A DNA stretch of 64,000 bases from an uncultured Fibrobacteria bacterium. Its GTDB lineage: Bacteria; Fibrobacterota; Fibrobacteria; UBA11236. Each line of letters starts with the position of its first letter. The first letter of the stretch is position 1. The stretch is taken from contig OY970309.1 in assembly GCA_963716395.1 (NCBI GenBank), positions 160,001-224,000 on the forward strand, read 5' to 3'. A program made the position numbers and the translations under genes. Shown one piece after another: positions 55,176-64,000 of this stretch. The notes under the pieces were generated by a model, which saw only the letters and a list, made by a program, of their open reading frames with translations, did no database searches and was not told where the DNA came from.

Positions 55176-57773
55176 TTACGGCTCATTCACGCTGAATAGG
55201 AATTTCTGCAAAAATTCCTGGGTTGCGCCCGGCGAAGTCTGGCGCAGAAAATAAAGGCCGGGCAGCAGGCGAAGATTTGGAATACTCACGCGCTGCGGCC
55301 CGGCAATCAGGCCCAAGGGTTTTTCCGTCACCAGATTCCCGCCCACGTCATAAATCTGCGCCGTCCAGCTTCCTCGGGCGTTCGCCGGAGGCGAGAAGAG
55401 ATAGGTCAGCGCGAAACGCGTGGATTGGAGTTGCGTGATGCCGCCTTCCGAAGCAGCCAACTTCGGGTGAACGGCCAACCCGCCGATATTCAGTTTTTCG
55501 ATATAGACATTGTCCAAATAAAACCGAATGTTACTGGTTCCGTAATAGGTGAAACGCAACGCGGAGATCGCCCCCATATTGAGGGTGCCGGCGGAAGTTT
55601 TCCATGCGGGCTGGGTGAAATTGCCGAAAGGAAGCCGGATGCGATTCCAAACGCTATTGACGAAATTGATTTTTTTCCCGAAATAAGCTCCGTCGGTGAT
55701 ACCAGGTTGCTCCAACTCCACCCACAGACTGTCGCCCGCAGTGGCTTTGATATCGAAAACGACGTTACTGGCGGCGCCCAAGCTGACCGCGGTACCGGCA
55801 CTATTGAAGGTGGTGCGGATTCCCGCATGGGGAACAGCGGCACCGGCGACGCCGATGAGCCGGATCGACAATCCGCTGGTTGCGGTAAAGCCTTGTCCGG
55901 CCGCAATCGCGGGCGCCATGGTCACGGGATTGGTGCTGGATTGGCCGGTCGGCTTATCCGTGAAAATCGACCAAGAGCCTCCGACCTTATTCAAGGTGTC
56001 GTTGTCTTCAAAATCATCGACCAAAACATCGTCGGATTGGAAGGGCGAAGGTTTGAGGGCGAGAATCGTGAAAAAGGTTTTGGATCTGGAAAGGTTGTAG
56101 CTGGCGATATTGGGAACATCCAAGGTTACATCCACGTTTTCACCGGCAATAAAACTTCCCGAATCGGCTTCGCCGGCCCATTGAAAGGAAATGTTGGATC
56201 CCGTGCCCGAAACCGTGCGTTTGGCTCCGCTGATCCGGCCCACCAGAACCACTTTCCAAGCCATCGAGGAGGCCAGCGTGCAGGAGATGGTATCGGTTTG
56301 CGTCGTCAAATCCACACTGCTGGGATTGGCCTGCAGCGATTTATTGATGCGCACCAGTCCCGCGGGCGGATTGTCGTAATCGCGCAGGAACCCGAGTAAC
56401 CCGACCATGCCCGCGTTGTAATTGATGGCGCATTCGGTATTCTTGTAATTATTCGCATCGCTTCCGTTAAAACTCCAGGTGCTGTTCTGGGGGTTGGATG
56501 GGTCAAAACTGCCGTTCGGGGTCGGCCCGGAAACGACGCAACCTTTGAGCCGGACGCTGGGGCCTGCGGTCAGAGCCACGTCATTGCGATCGCTGGGCGC
56601 GGTCGGGGCATTGGGACCATAGCCGACAACATAGGATTGCGTAAACGGCGAAATTCCCGCCACCCAGTGGGCTTGCTGGCGGGCAAAATTGAGATAGGCG
56701 GTGTCCCCGGTCACCTCGAAGGCCAAGGCGGCGCTGAACCCCGCGCAGGCGGCATTGCCGGCATTGCCCCAATCCGAATTGATGAAGGCACCTTTGATGA
56801 GGGACGAAGCATTCGCGGCGGTCACCACGCGGCTCATGGTGAGCGCGACATCCGCAAACCACGGGCCGGTGACGGGATATCCCAATTGCGTTAAATCATA
56901 CGAAGACAGGTCGCCGACGTCGGCATATCCCAGCACGTAATAGTCTTGCGTGACTTGGGCTTGGTAGGCCAGCGCCTGATTGAGGAAAGTCGTATCCTTG
57001 GTGGCGCGGTAAAGTTCCACGGCCCCGCAAGCCATTTTATCCACGTAGGTGGTCGTGCTGTAAAACTGCCCGCCGTCCTGTTCGGTGGATAATTTGGGGT
57101 GGGCGACCCCGAAGGCGTAGGCGATGCGGGCTTTGGCCAGACAATTGGCCGCATAGGTCGAGTCATAGGGTTTGTATAACTGCGCCATCAAGGCCAGGGA
57201 AGCCGCATACATCCCGGCGATATCCGCTCCGCAATCGGTATAAACGGTGCGGGGACTGGTGCGTTGCGAATTGGCGTAGCCGGTTTCATCCAAGGTCCCG
57301 TGATCGACATCGGCATTGGCCACGTCGACCACGATGGTGCTGGAGGAAATCACGGCCTTTTGCATATAATCCGTGGCGATTTTGACTTCGCCGAGAATAT
57401 CGGGAATGCCGTCCGGTGTGCCTTTGTAATCCCAAGTAGTCTTGTCGTCGTAGCCGCGCGGAAAGGCGTCGTAACCTTTCAAAAGGCAGTACACCGAAAA
57501 TCCGAAATTCAATCCGAATTTTACGAAGTCACCCGCATCGTACCAGCCTCCGCTCAAATCCGTTCCATTCAGCGCGTCGGTGCTGTGGGGAAAAGGAGAG
57601 GTTTTATAGAAAGGATTTTTATTGTCGATGTTTTTGTCGCCGGAACGTTGATACCCGTAGTATTGAATCAAGAGATTTTGCAAAGGCCCGTAGTCCGGGT
57701 TCTGTCCAAATCCCGGGGCGACGAGAATTACGGAAAACAGACAAAGCCAGCAATAGGTAATTCGTTGCACCAT
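55176..57773 (-). CDS. Glycoside hydrolase family 9 with CBM11/CIA30-like module and C-terminal sorting-like domain
   Basis: Signal peptide, 'DLSGGWYDAGDFVKF', 'TECAINYNA', 'VLVDDFED...GGSW'; RBS AAGGGGAG before ATG 57773. Confidence 0.85.
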   Translation of the reverse strand: MVQRITYCWLCLFSVILVAPGFGQNPDYGPLQNLLIQYYGYQRSGDKNIDNKNPFYKTSPFPHSTDALNGTDLSGGWYDAGDFVKFGLNFGFSVYCLLKGYDAFPRGYDDKTTWDYKGTPDGIPDILGEVKIATDYMQKAVISSSTIVVDVANADVDHGTLDETGYANSQRTSPRTVYTDCGADIAGMYAASLALMAQLYKPYDSTYAANCLAKARIAYAFGVAHPKLSTEQDGGQFYSTTTYVDKMACGAVELYRATKDTTFLNQALAYQAQVTQDYYVLGYADVGDLSSYDLTQLGYPVTGPWFADVALTMSRVVTAANASSLIKGAFINSDWGNAGNAACAGFSAALAFEVTGDTAYLNFARQQAHWVAGISPFTQSYVVGYGPNAPTAPSDRNDVALTAGPSVRLKGCVVSGPTPNGSFDPSNPQNSTWSFNGSDANNYKNTECAINYNAGMVGLLGFLRDYDNPPAGLVRINKSLQANPSSVDLTTQTDTISCTLASSMAWKVVLVGRISGAKRTVSGTGSNISFQWAGEADSGSFIAGENVDVTLDVPNIASYNLSRSKTFFTILALKPSPFQSDDVLVDDFEDNDTLNKVGGSWSIFTDKPTGQSSTNPVTMAPAIAAGQGFTATSGLSIRLIGVAGAAVPHAGIRTTFNSAGTAVSLGAASNVVFDIKATAGDSLWVELEQPGITDGAYFGKKINFVNSVWNRIRLPFGNFTQPAWKTSAGTLNMGAISALRFTYYGTSNIRFYLDNVYIEKLNIGGLAVHPKLAASEGGITQLQSTRFALTYLFSPPANARGSWTAQIYDVGGNLVTEKPLGLIAGPQRVSIPNLRLLPGLYFLRQTSPGATQEFLQKFLFSVNEP

Positions 57774-57833
57774 TTTTCTCCCCTTCTTAGGAACCCTCAT
57801 AACTTTCGCAAGCGAGGCCTGAACTTCTCAAAC

Positions 57834-57970
57834 CCGCCTCCCGTCCGCCTCGGGCGGAAAGCCGATCGAGAAGACCGGCGGCGATGCGTGAGAAAAACGA
57901 CCCGGCTTGAAGATCGCTCCGCCTCAATTCGCCTCCGGCGGAAACGGAATCCGAGGCCTTTCCGCCTCAA
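57834..57970. repeat. Five YCGCCTC boxes upstream of the GH9 gene
   Basis: Copies at 57834, 57845, 57919, 57929 and 57962; both pairs are followed by (G/C)GGCGGAAA. Confidence 0.5.
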
Positions 57971-58088
57971 ACGGAGCGTAGCCGCAGGGCGATGACGAGA
58001 GGTACCCTCGAAACATTAGTGGGCTCGATGCAGGTTCGGGTTCGAGCCGTTTCCACCCCGTGACCACGGTGGTTTCAGGCGACGGAAT

Positions 58089-58862
58089 TCAGGTGGCGCG
58101 GCGATAGGCGCGAAAAGCCTGGGTGGCCAGCAGCACCGAAACCACCGCAAATGCCGAGAGCGCCGCAAAAGCCAACCACACCCAATTCCAGTTTTGCCCC
58201 AGAATGGCGTCGCGCGAAGCGTTCACGGCCCAATTGACGGGGTTGCCCTTGGCCGCGATACGAATCCACCCGGGCATGAGGGATGAGGCCATAAAAGCGG
58301 TGGAAAGAAAAGTCAGCGGCAGGCCGAAAAAATTGATGACGGCGATCAAGGTTTCCTCACGGCGGGTGATCAGCGCCAGCCCGTTGGAAAGGGCGGAAAA
58401 TCCGGCTCCCAGCAAAGAAGCCAGGAGCAGTACCACCAGCAAGCCGGGCAGGCCGCCGGAAAAGCGCGCCCCCAGCGCAAACCCCACGCCCAGTACGATG
58501 AGCGATTGCATGGCCACGGTCAACGCCGCATGCAGCACGCGCGCCGACATCAGCGCGCCGCGATCCACCGGAGTGGCCAGCATGCGATCCATCACGCCTT
58601 CGGTGAGGTCTTCGAGGATGCCCATGCCCGACCAGGCCGATCCGAACAAGGCCGTCATGATCACCACGCCCGGCGTCAGAAATTCGATATAGGACGAGGC
58701 CGCGAAGCCCGGCAGTTCCACCACCCGGCGGAAGAGCTGGCCATACAGCGTCAGCCAGATGACGGGCTGCACCAAGGTCACCACGATCCAAATTGGAATG
58801 CGCAAGGTGGTGCGCACATGCCGCAGCAGCAGTTGCCAGGTGTCGGACGCAAAGGCGTTCAT
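58089..58862 (-). CDS. ABC-2 exporter permease (DrrB-like)
   Basis: 'LVQPVIWL', 'YIEFLTPGVV', 'MDRMLATPV', 'NPVNWAV'; ATGA coupling. Confidence 0.88.
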   Translation of the reverse strand: MNAFASDTWQLLLRHVRTTLRIPIWIVVTLVQPVIWLTLYGQLFRRVVELPGFAASSYIEFLTPGVVIMTALFGSAWSGMGILEDLTEGVMDRMLATPVDRGALMSARVLHAALTVAMQSLIVLGVGFALGARFSGGLPGLLVVLLLASLLGAGFSALSNGLALITRREETLIAVINFFGLPLTFLSTAFMASSLMPGWIRIAAKGNPVNWAVNASRDAILGQNWNWVWLAFAALSAFAVVSVLLATQAFRAYRRAT

Positions 58863-59836
58863 GCCTCCCCTTTCCCGCCGGCGGGGTCGCCGCCGGATGC
58901 GTAGCGGTGGCCGGTGTAATGCAAATACACGTCGTTCAAAGTCGGCCGGCCCACGGTGGCCGCTTGCACCGCCACTCCAGCCCGCTCCAAAGCCGTGATC
59001 AAGGCGGGCAGGGCCGTGGCGCCCTGGGCCACCCAGGCCACGACCTGCGGGCCGTCCGCCATGACCTTGAGCACACCGTCCGCCGGCCGCAGCACCTCGG
59101 CCGCGCGCCCGGCGTCGCCGGCCACCTGCAAGGCCACCGCGTCGCCGCGAATTTGCGCCTTGAGCTCCGACGGGGTGCCGGTCACGACCACCCGGCCCTG
59201 ATCGACGATGGCCAGACGATCGCAGAGGTAATCGGCCTCTTCGAGATAATGGGTCGTGAGCAATACCGTGAGGCGCCGTTCCTGCCGCAAACGCTGGAGG
59301 TCGCGCCACAGCGCCGATCGGGTTTCGGGATCCAAACCCGTGGTGGGTTCGTCGAGAAAGAGCACGGCCGGATCGTGGATCAGTCCCATGGCCAAATCCA
59401 GCCGTCGTTTCATGCCGCCGGAATAGGTTTTCACCACGCGATCGGCGGCCTCGGCCAACCCCACCCATTCCAATCCCCGGCGCACCCGCGCAGGGATTTC
59501 CGCGGGCGGCACCCGATCCAAATGCGCCTGCAACGCCAGGTTCTCGCGCCCCGTGGCCCATTTATCGACCCCGGAAGCCTGGGCTACGTAACCGATGCGC
59601 TTCCGTACCATGTACGCTTCGGTGGTCACATCGTGCCCCGCCACCGTCGCCCGGCCCGCATCGGAACGGGTCAAGGTGGCGAGAATGCGCACCGTGGTGC
59701 TTTTGCCCGCGCCGTTGGGTCCCAGCAAGCCGAAAATCTCGCCCGGCGACACTCGAAACGAAACGCCGGTCAGGGCCTGGATGCCATTGGCGTAGGTCTT
59801 GACCAGGTTCTCCACCACGATGGCATCGTTTTCCAT
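58859..59836 (-). CDS. ABC exporter ATPase (DrrA-like)
   Basis: 'GPNGAGKST', 'YSGGMKRRLDL', 'FLDEPTTGLDP', 'PTLNDVYL'. Confidence 0.92.
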   Translation of the reverse strand: MENDAIVVENLVKTYANGIQALTGVSFRVSPGEIFGLLGPNGAGKSTTVRILATLTRSDAGRATVAGHDVTTEAYMVRKRIGYVAQASGVDKWATGRENLALQAHLDRVPPAEIPARVRRGLEWVGLAEAADRVVKTYSGGMKRRLDLAMGLIHDPAVLFLDEPTTGLDPETRSALWRDLQRLRQERRLTVLLTTHYLEEADYLCDRLAIVDQGRVVVTGTPSELKAQIRGDAVALQVAGDAGRAAEVLRPADGVLKVMADGPQVVAWVAQGATALPALITALERAGVAVQAATVGRPTLNDVYLHYTGHRYASGGDPAGGKGEA

Positions 59837-59989
59837 GGCGGTGAAAGTTAATGAACTCCCTCGTCGGCGGGGGGCGGATTCCGGCGGAAGGGGATCGGGT
59901 CGAATAAGAACGCCCTGCGCGAGGCCGTGAAGGCGCCGACAGCACGTCTTCGAAAAGAGAGTTTCCGCCCCGGGCCACGAGCGGCTTGG

Positions 59990-61597
59990 TTAATCCACCG
60001 GGGAAGGAAACCCGGCCAGGGTTTGCGAGACCTCCCGAATCTCGCGAAAACGCCGGGCAATCTGCTCCAGAATTCCCTCCGCACCGGCGTCCTCGAAATC
60101 CATGAAGGCCATGCGGCAATAATCCCGCAGCATGCCATGCGCGGTTTCGGTCAGTAACGCCGGAATTTCCTCCAGGCGCCGGCGCAGCACCGCCACGCGC
60201 AGGGGATCCGGGTTGCAGATGCGCAGAAGATCCAACATTTCCTGCGCCGCCTCGGCGCCCTCTTCGGCCCAGGCGGCCACTGCCCCGCCGGGGTCATGGC
60301 GGTCCGAAGCATCGCCCGATGCGCGCAGCAATTCGGTCTCGCGCCGGCTGGGCGCGATTCCCAACACCGCGGACCAGGCGCAGCGCGCGGTCAAGGCTTT
60401 GCGGTAGGCGGACGAGGCCGACGGCTCGGCCGGAACATACAGCAAGGTTCCGTTGTCGGCGAATTCACTGCGGTACAGATGCAACGCTTCAGGCAGACGC
60501 GGCACGGCCCGGCTTGGGTCCAACAGCCAAAGTGCCGCCTGCGCCACGGTCTCGGCGGTCAGCGCGCCGCGGCAGAGTTGCACCGGGCAGCGCGACGAAG
60601 CGCTGCACGGCGAGCATGCCAGTTCGGTTTGCAGCACCGCATGTCCGGCGCCGTAGGGCGCGGTCTCGGTGAAAAAAGCCGTGGCGAAATAAATCCCCAG
60701 CGTACGCACCCCCGCGGCGGCCGCCACATGCAAGGTACCGGTATCATTGCCGATCACCAGGGCGCACCGGCCAAGCAGCGCCGGCATTTCACCCAAGCGG
60801 GTGCGCCCGGTCAAATCGAACACCCGGCCCGCGTTGCCTTCCGTGAACGCGGCGCGAAAGCGGCCACTGAATTCGCGTTCACGCACGTCGCCGAACAAAA
60901 CGAAGTCGACCGGCTGCGCCGCCGCAATGCGCGCGGCCGCGCCGGCAAATCCCTCGGGGTCCCAGGCACGATGGAAATCACTGGCGCCCAATTGCAGTCC
61001 GATCACCGGGCGGACACCATCCCAGCCTTCGGCCCGCAGCCGACGGTCCGCCCGATCGCCGGCGTCGTCGGCCAACCGCATGGGCGCGGAACAGGCTTGG
61101 GGACGCAATTCCGCCATGAGCAGGTGCAGGTCGGACAGGTGGAACAGATTTTCGGTACGGTGGCGCACCATGGCCCAGACATAGCGCGCCACCGTGCCGG
61201 CCGCGCGGATTTCGCCGTCCGGTGCGTGCAGGCGGCCGACCCGCCGCTCGGCACTGACCGCCGAAGCCAGGACGGCAGATTCGTAATCATGCGTTACGTT
61301 GATTACCATGGAAAACGGAGCCAACAGGCGCGGTACCGCGGCCAGGCACGACGCCGCCGGCGGCAAGACCGCCCCGGTGAGGCCGCCCAAGGTCGCCAAG
61401 AAGCCCGGAGAAAGCGGCAGAACCTCGGCCGGCACCACCGCTTCGGCGAGCAGGGTGTGCACGCCTTCGCGGCAAGCCAGGATGATCTCGGCCTCCCGGT
61501 ACCGGTTGCGCAACGCGGTGACCAGCGGCAAAGTTTGCGCCAAATCGCCGATGCGGCTGGTTTGCAAAACCAAAATACTCCGGGAAGGGTTGCGCAC
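59990..61597 (-). CDS. Glycosyltransferase family 9 (heptosyltransferase-like, long form)
   Basis: 'QTSRIGDLAQTLP', 'LQLGAS..RAW', 'IGNDTGTLHVAAA', 'ETAPYG', Cys cluster. Confidence 0.85.
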   Translation of the reverse strand: MRNPSRSILVLQTSRIGDLAQTLPLVTALRNRYREAEIILACREGVHTLLAEAVVPAEVLPLSPGFLATLGGLTGAVLPPAASCLAAVPRLLAPFSMVINVTHDYESAVLASAVSAERRVGRLHAPDGEIRAAGTVARYVWAMVRHRTENLFHLSDLHLLMAELRPQACSAPMRLADDAGDRADRRLRAEGWDGVRPVIGLQLGASDFHRAWDPEGFAGAAARIAAAQPVDFVLFGDVREREFSGRFRAAFTEGNAGRVFDLTGRTRLGEMPALLGRCALVIGNDTGTLHVAAAAGVRTLGIYFATAFFTETAPYGAGHAVLQTELACSPCSASSRCPVQLCRGALTAETVAQAALWLLDPSRAVPRLPEALHLYRSEFADNGTLLYVPAEPSASSAYRKALTARCAWSAVLGIAPSRRETELLRASGDASDRHDPGGAVAAWAEEGAEAAQEMLDLLRICNPDPLRVAVLRRRLEEIPALLTETAHGMLRDYCRMAFMDFEDAGAEGILEQIARRFREIREVSQTLAGFPSPVD

Positions 61598-61693
61598 GCC
61601 TCATTATCGATTGCCGCGCGCGGGCGTCGCAAGCGCGGACGAAAGGTCTTCGTTCCCTCCAGGAAGTATTCTTGCGTCATTGGATTATTGCGC

Positions 61694-63619
61694 ATGTGTG
61701 GAATAGCGGGATTTTACCAGGCCGCCGGCGTCGGGGTCGATCTCGGCACCCTGCGAGCCATGACCCGGGCTTTGCTTCACCGGGGGCCTGACGATGAAGG
61801 CTATTACCTGGACGCGAACGTCGGATTGGGGCATCGCCGGCTGTCCGTCATCGATCTTACCAGCGGGCAACAGCCCATGTTCACCGCCGATCGCAGCGTG
61901 GCCATTATCTTCAACGGTGAGATTTTCAATTATGTGGAGTTGCGCGAAGAACTGAAAAAGAAGGGCCACCGCTTCACCACGGCCTCCGACACCGAGGTCG
62001 TCCTCTATGGCTATGTCGAATACGGTCTCGGCGTGCTCGATCATCTGAACGGGCAGTTCGCCATCGCCATTTGGGACCAGCCCAATAAGAAACTGATCCT
62101 GGCGCGCGACCGCGTGGGCATCCGTCCGCTCTTTCACGCCCAGGCGCCCGACGGCTCTTTGCTATTCGCCTCGGAGGCCAAAGCCCTGTTCCGCTACCCG
62201 GGCCTGCGTGCGGAAATCGATCCGGTGGGGGTGAGCCAAATCTTCAGCTTCTGGGTCAATGTGCCGCCGCGCACGGTGTTCCACGGGGTGCGGGAATTGC
62301 CCGCGGGTCATTACCTCGTGGCCACGCCCGAGGGCATGCGCACCGGGGCCTACTGGAAGCATCGCTTTCCCGATGCCCAAGACTATGACGACCAGCCCAT
62401 CGGGCGTTACGCCGAGCGCCTGCGCGAACTCCTCTTCGAGGCCACCACGCTGCAATTGCGCGCCGACGTGCCGGTGGCGGCTTATCTCAGCGGCGGGCTC
62501 GATTCCTCCATCATCGCCACCTTGGTCAAGCGCCACCACAATCCCGGCCTCACCACCTTTTCGGTCGCCTTCGCCGATAAGAATTTCGACGAGCGGGCCT
62601 ACCAGACGCAGATGGTGGATTTTCTCAAAACCGATCACCATAGTCTCGAGGTGGATTACGGCGACATCGGCGCGTCCTTTGCCGACGTGATCTACTACGC
62701 TGAAAAACCGATGCTGCGCACAGCCCCGGCTCCGCTGCTGCGGCTCGCGGGCTTGGTGCGCGCACACGGCATCAAGGTGGTGTTGACCGGCGAAGGCTCG
62801 GACGAGATCTTCGGAGGCTACAACATTTTTCGCGAAGACAAGGTCCGGCGCTTTTGGGCGCGCAGTCCCGATTCGCAGTGGCGCCCGCTGCTTCTCTCGG
62901 CCCTTTACCCCTATGTCAACAAGAACCCTGCCGCCCGGGGATTTTGGCGCATGTTCTTCAAGCAGTGGCTTACCGACACGGCGAATCCCTATTACTCCCA
63001 TTTGATCCGCTGGAACAATACGGCCCAGATCAAGGGCCTGTTCACCCCGGAGTTTCGCGAACGCATGGGCCGGGAAGAGGACCTCTACCACGAACTGGAC
63101 GCGTTCCTGGACAAAGACATGCTGCGCTGGCATCCCCTGTGTCGCGCCCAATATCTGGAGATGAGCCTCTTCATGTCCGGCTACCTGCTGTGCTCGCAAG
63201 GCGACCGCATGATGATGGGTCACTCCGTGGAAGGCCGTTTTCCCTTTTTGGATCACCGCGTCATCGAGTTCGCGGCCACCATCCCCCCCAAGTACAAGAT
63301 TCGCATCCTCGATGAAAAACACATTCTGAAAAAGGCTTATGAGAACATGTTGCCAGCTTCCATCGTGAACCGACCGAAGCAGCCCTATCGAGCCCCCATC
63401 AGCCGGTGCTTCCGGGATGAGTCGGCCAATTTGGCCTCAGCACTGCTGGCACCTAAGGAACTTCAAGCCAGCGGGTATTTCAACGTCGAACAAGCCGAAA
63501 AGGTCGTGGCCAAGTGCCGCAAAAATGCCGAGAGCCAAATCAGCGAGCGCGACGACATGGCCCTGGTGGCCATGGTCTCCCTGCAATTGCTCCACCAGCA
63601 TTTCTTGAAAAATCCTTGA
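61694..63619 (+). CDS. asnB: Asparagine synthase-like glutamine amidotransferase
   Basis: 'MCGIAG', 'HRGPD', 'FNGEIFN', 'LSGGLDSS', 'TGEGSDE', 'EGRFPFLD'; true start ATG 61694. Confidence 0.93.
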   Translation: MCGIAGFYQAAGVGVDLGTLRAMTRALLHRGPDDEGYYLDANVGLGHRRLSVIDLTSGQQPMFTADRSVAIIFNGEIFNYVELREELKKKGHRFTTASDTEVVLYGYVEYGLGVLDHLNGQFAIAIWDQPNKKLILARDRVGIRPLFHAQAPDGSLLFASEAKALFRYPGLRAEIDPVGVSQIFSFWVNVPPRTVFHGVRELPAGHYLVATPEGMRTGAYWKHRFPDAQDYDDQPIGRYAERLRELLFEATTLQLRADVPVAAYLSGGLDSSIIATLVKRHHNPGLTTFSVAFADKNFDERAYQTQMVDFLKTDHHSLEVDYGDIGASFADVIYYAEKPMLRTAPAPLLRLAGLVRAHGIKVVLTGEGSDEIFGGYNIFREDKVRRFWARSPDSQWRPLLLSALYPYVNKNPAARGFWRMFFKQWLTDTANPYYSHLIRWNNTAQIKGLFTPEFRERMGREEDLYHELDAFLDKDMLRWHPLCRAQYLEMSLFMSGYLLCSQGDRMMMGHSVEGRFPFLDHRVIEFAATIPPKYKIRILDEKHILKKAYENMLPASIVNRPKQPYRAPISRCFRDESANLASALLAPKELQASGYFNVEQAEKVVAKCRKNAESQISERDDMALVAMVSLQLLHQHFLKNP

Positions 63620-63646
63620 AAAATTGACGGCCGGGCGCGGCTCGGT

Positions 63647-64000
63647 TCAGGCCGTGCGGGCCAGCAGGGCGCGAATCTCCCCGGCGGCATCCGCGGCCGT
63701 TTCCACCGTGGAGTAGGCTGGAATCCGCTGCAATTGCCGCGCCATCAGCTCTCCCTGGCCCAGGCCCACTTCGAAGCAAAGCCAGGAAGCCGGCTTGAGA
63801 AAACGCGGGGCGTTTTTGATTAGCCGGGTCAAGATGGATACGCCGTAAATCCCCCCGTCGAAGGCCATGGCCGGCTCAAAAGCGGAAATCTCCCGGTGCA
63901 TTTCCGGAACCTTGGCCGCCGAGATATAGGGAGGGTTGCAGCTCACGAGATCGCAGCGGCCTAGGAATTCCTCGTTTTCGAAAGGTGCGAAGAGATCCCC
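63647..64000 (-). CDS. HemK/PrmC-family methyltransferase (3' part, cut by the window edge)
   Basis: Frame open to the edge: 'GDLFAPF...SCNPPYI...EP.MAFDGG...FEVGLGQ'. Confidence 0.82.
   Translation of the reverse strand, partial: GDLFAPFENEEFLGRCDLVSCNPPYISAAKVPEMHREISAFEPAMAFDGGIYGVSILTRLIKNAPRFLKPASWLCFEVGLGQGELMARQLQRIPAYSTVETAADAAGEIRALLARTA

Noticed and set aside
60296-61693. Apparent 466-aa N-terminal extension of AsnB (1107-aa ORF)
   Set aside because: Antisense to the GT9 gene; Ntn amidotransferases need Cys at position 2, so the start is ATG 61694.
1-64000. CRISPR array, DGR, retron, prophage or IS element
   Set aside because: No regularly spaced repeats and no reverse transcriptase, cas, phage or transposase motifs in any frame.

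Overview
Bacterial, mostly high-GC window with no integrase, transposase, CRISPR array or phage gene. A Fibrobacterota-like host is suggested only by the GH9 cellulase architecture and a Fibrobacterota-style secreted protein (inference). About 1-40.4 kb is a large surface-glycan region in two parts. (i) About 1-22 kb is a patchwork of glycosyl-, acyl- and methyltransferases, a flippase and an exosortase-type O-ligase. Orientations alternate, GC jumps abruptly, gene stumps lie between genes, and single-base frameshifts cluster at 7.8-13.2 kb. (ii) 22.2-40.4 kb is a tightly coupled minus-strand operon. It opens with an unusual priming phosphoglycosyltransferase-STAS-like-deacetylase fusion, followed by FemAB-like and Wza-like genes, a CDP/branched-sugar tailoring set, Wzm/Wzt, a methyltransferase and a sulfotransferase. 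Upstream of this operon lies a ~170-nt candidate structured RNA. The right part holds a GT2, a TonB-dependent receptor, AIM24, tRNA-Gly(CCC) and pirin. Next come a complete Wsp/ACF-type chemosensory operon whose output is a triple-receiver histidine kinase, an atypical GH9 cellulase, a DrrAB-type ABC exporter, GT9, asnB and a partial HemK/PrmC-like gene. All calls come from motif reading by eye; no database search was run.
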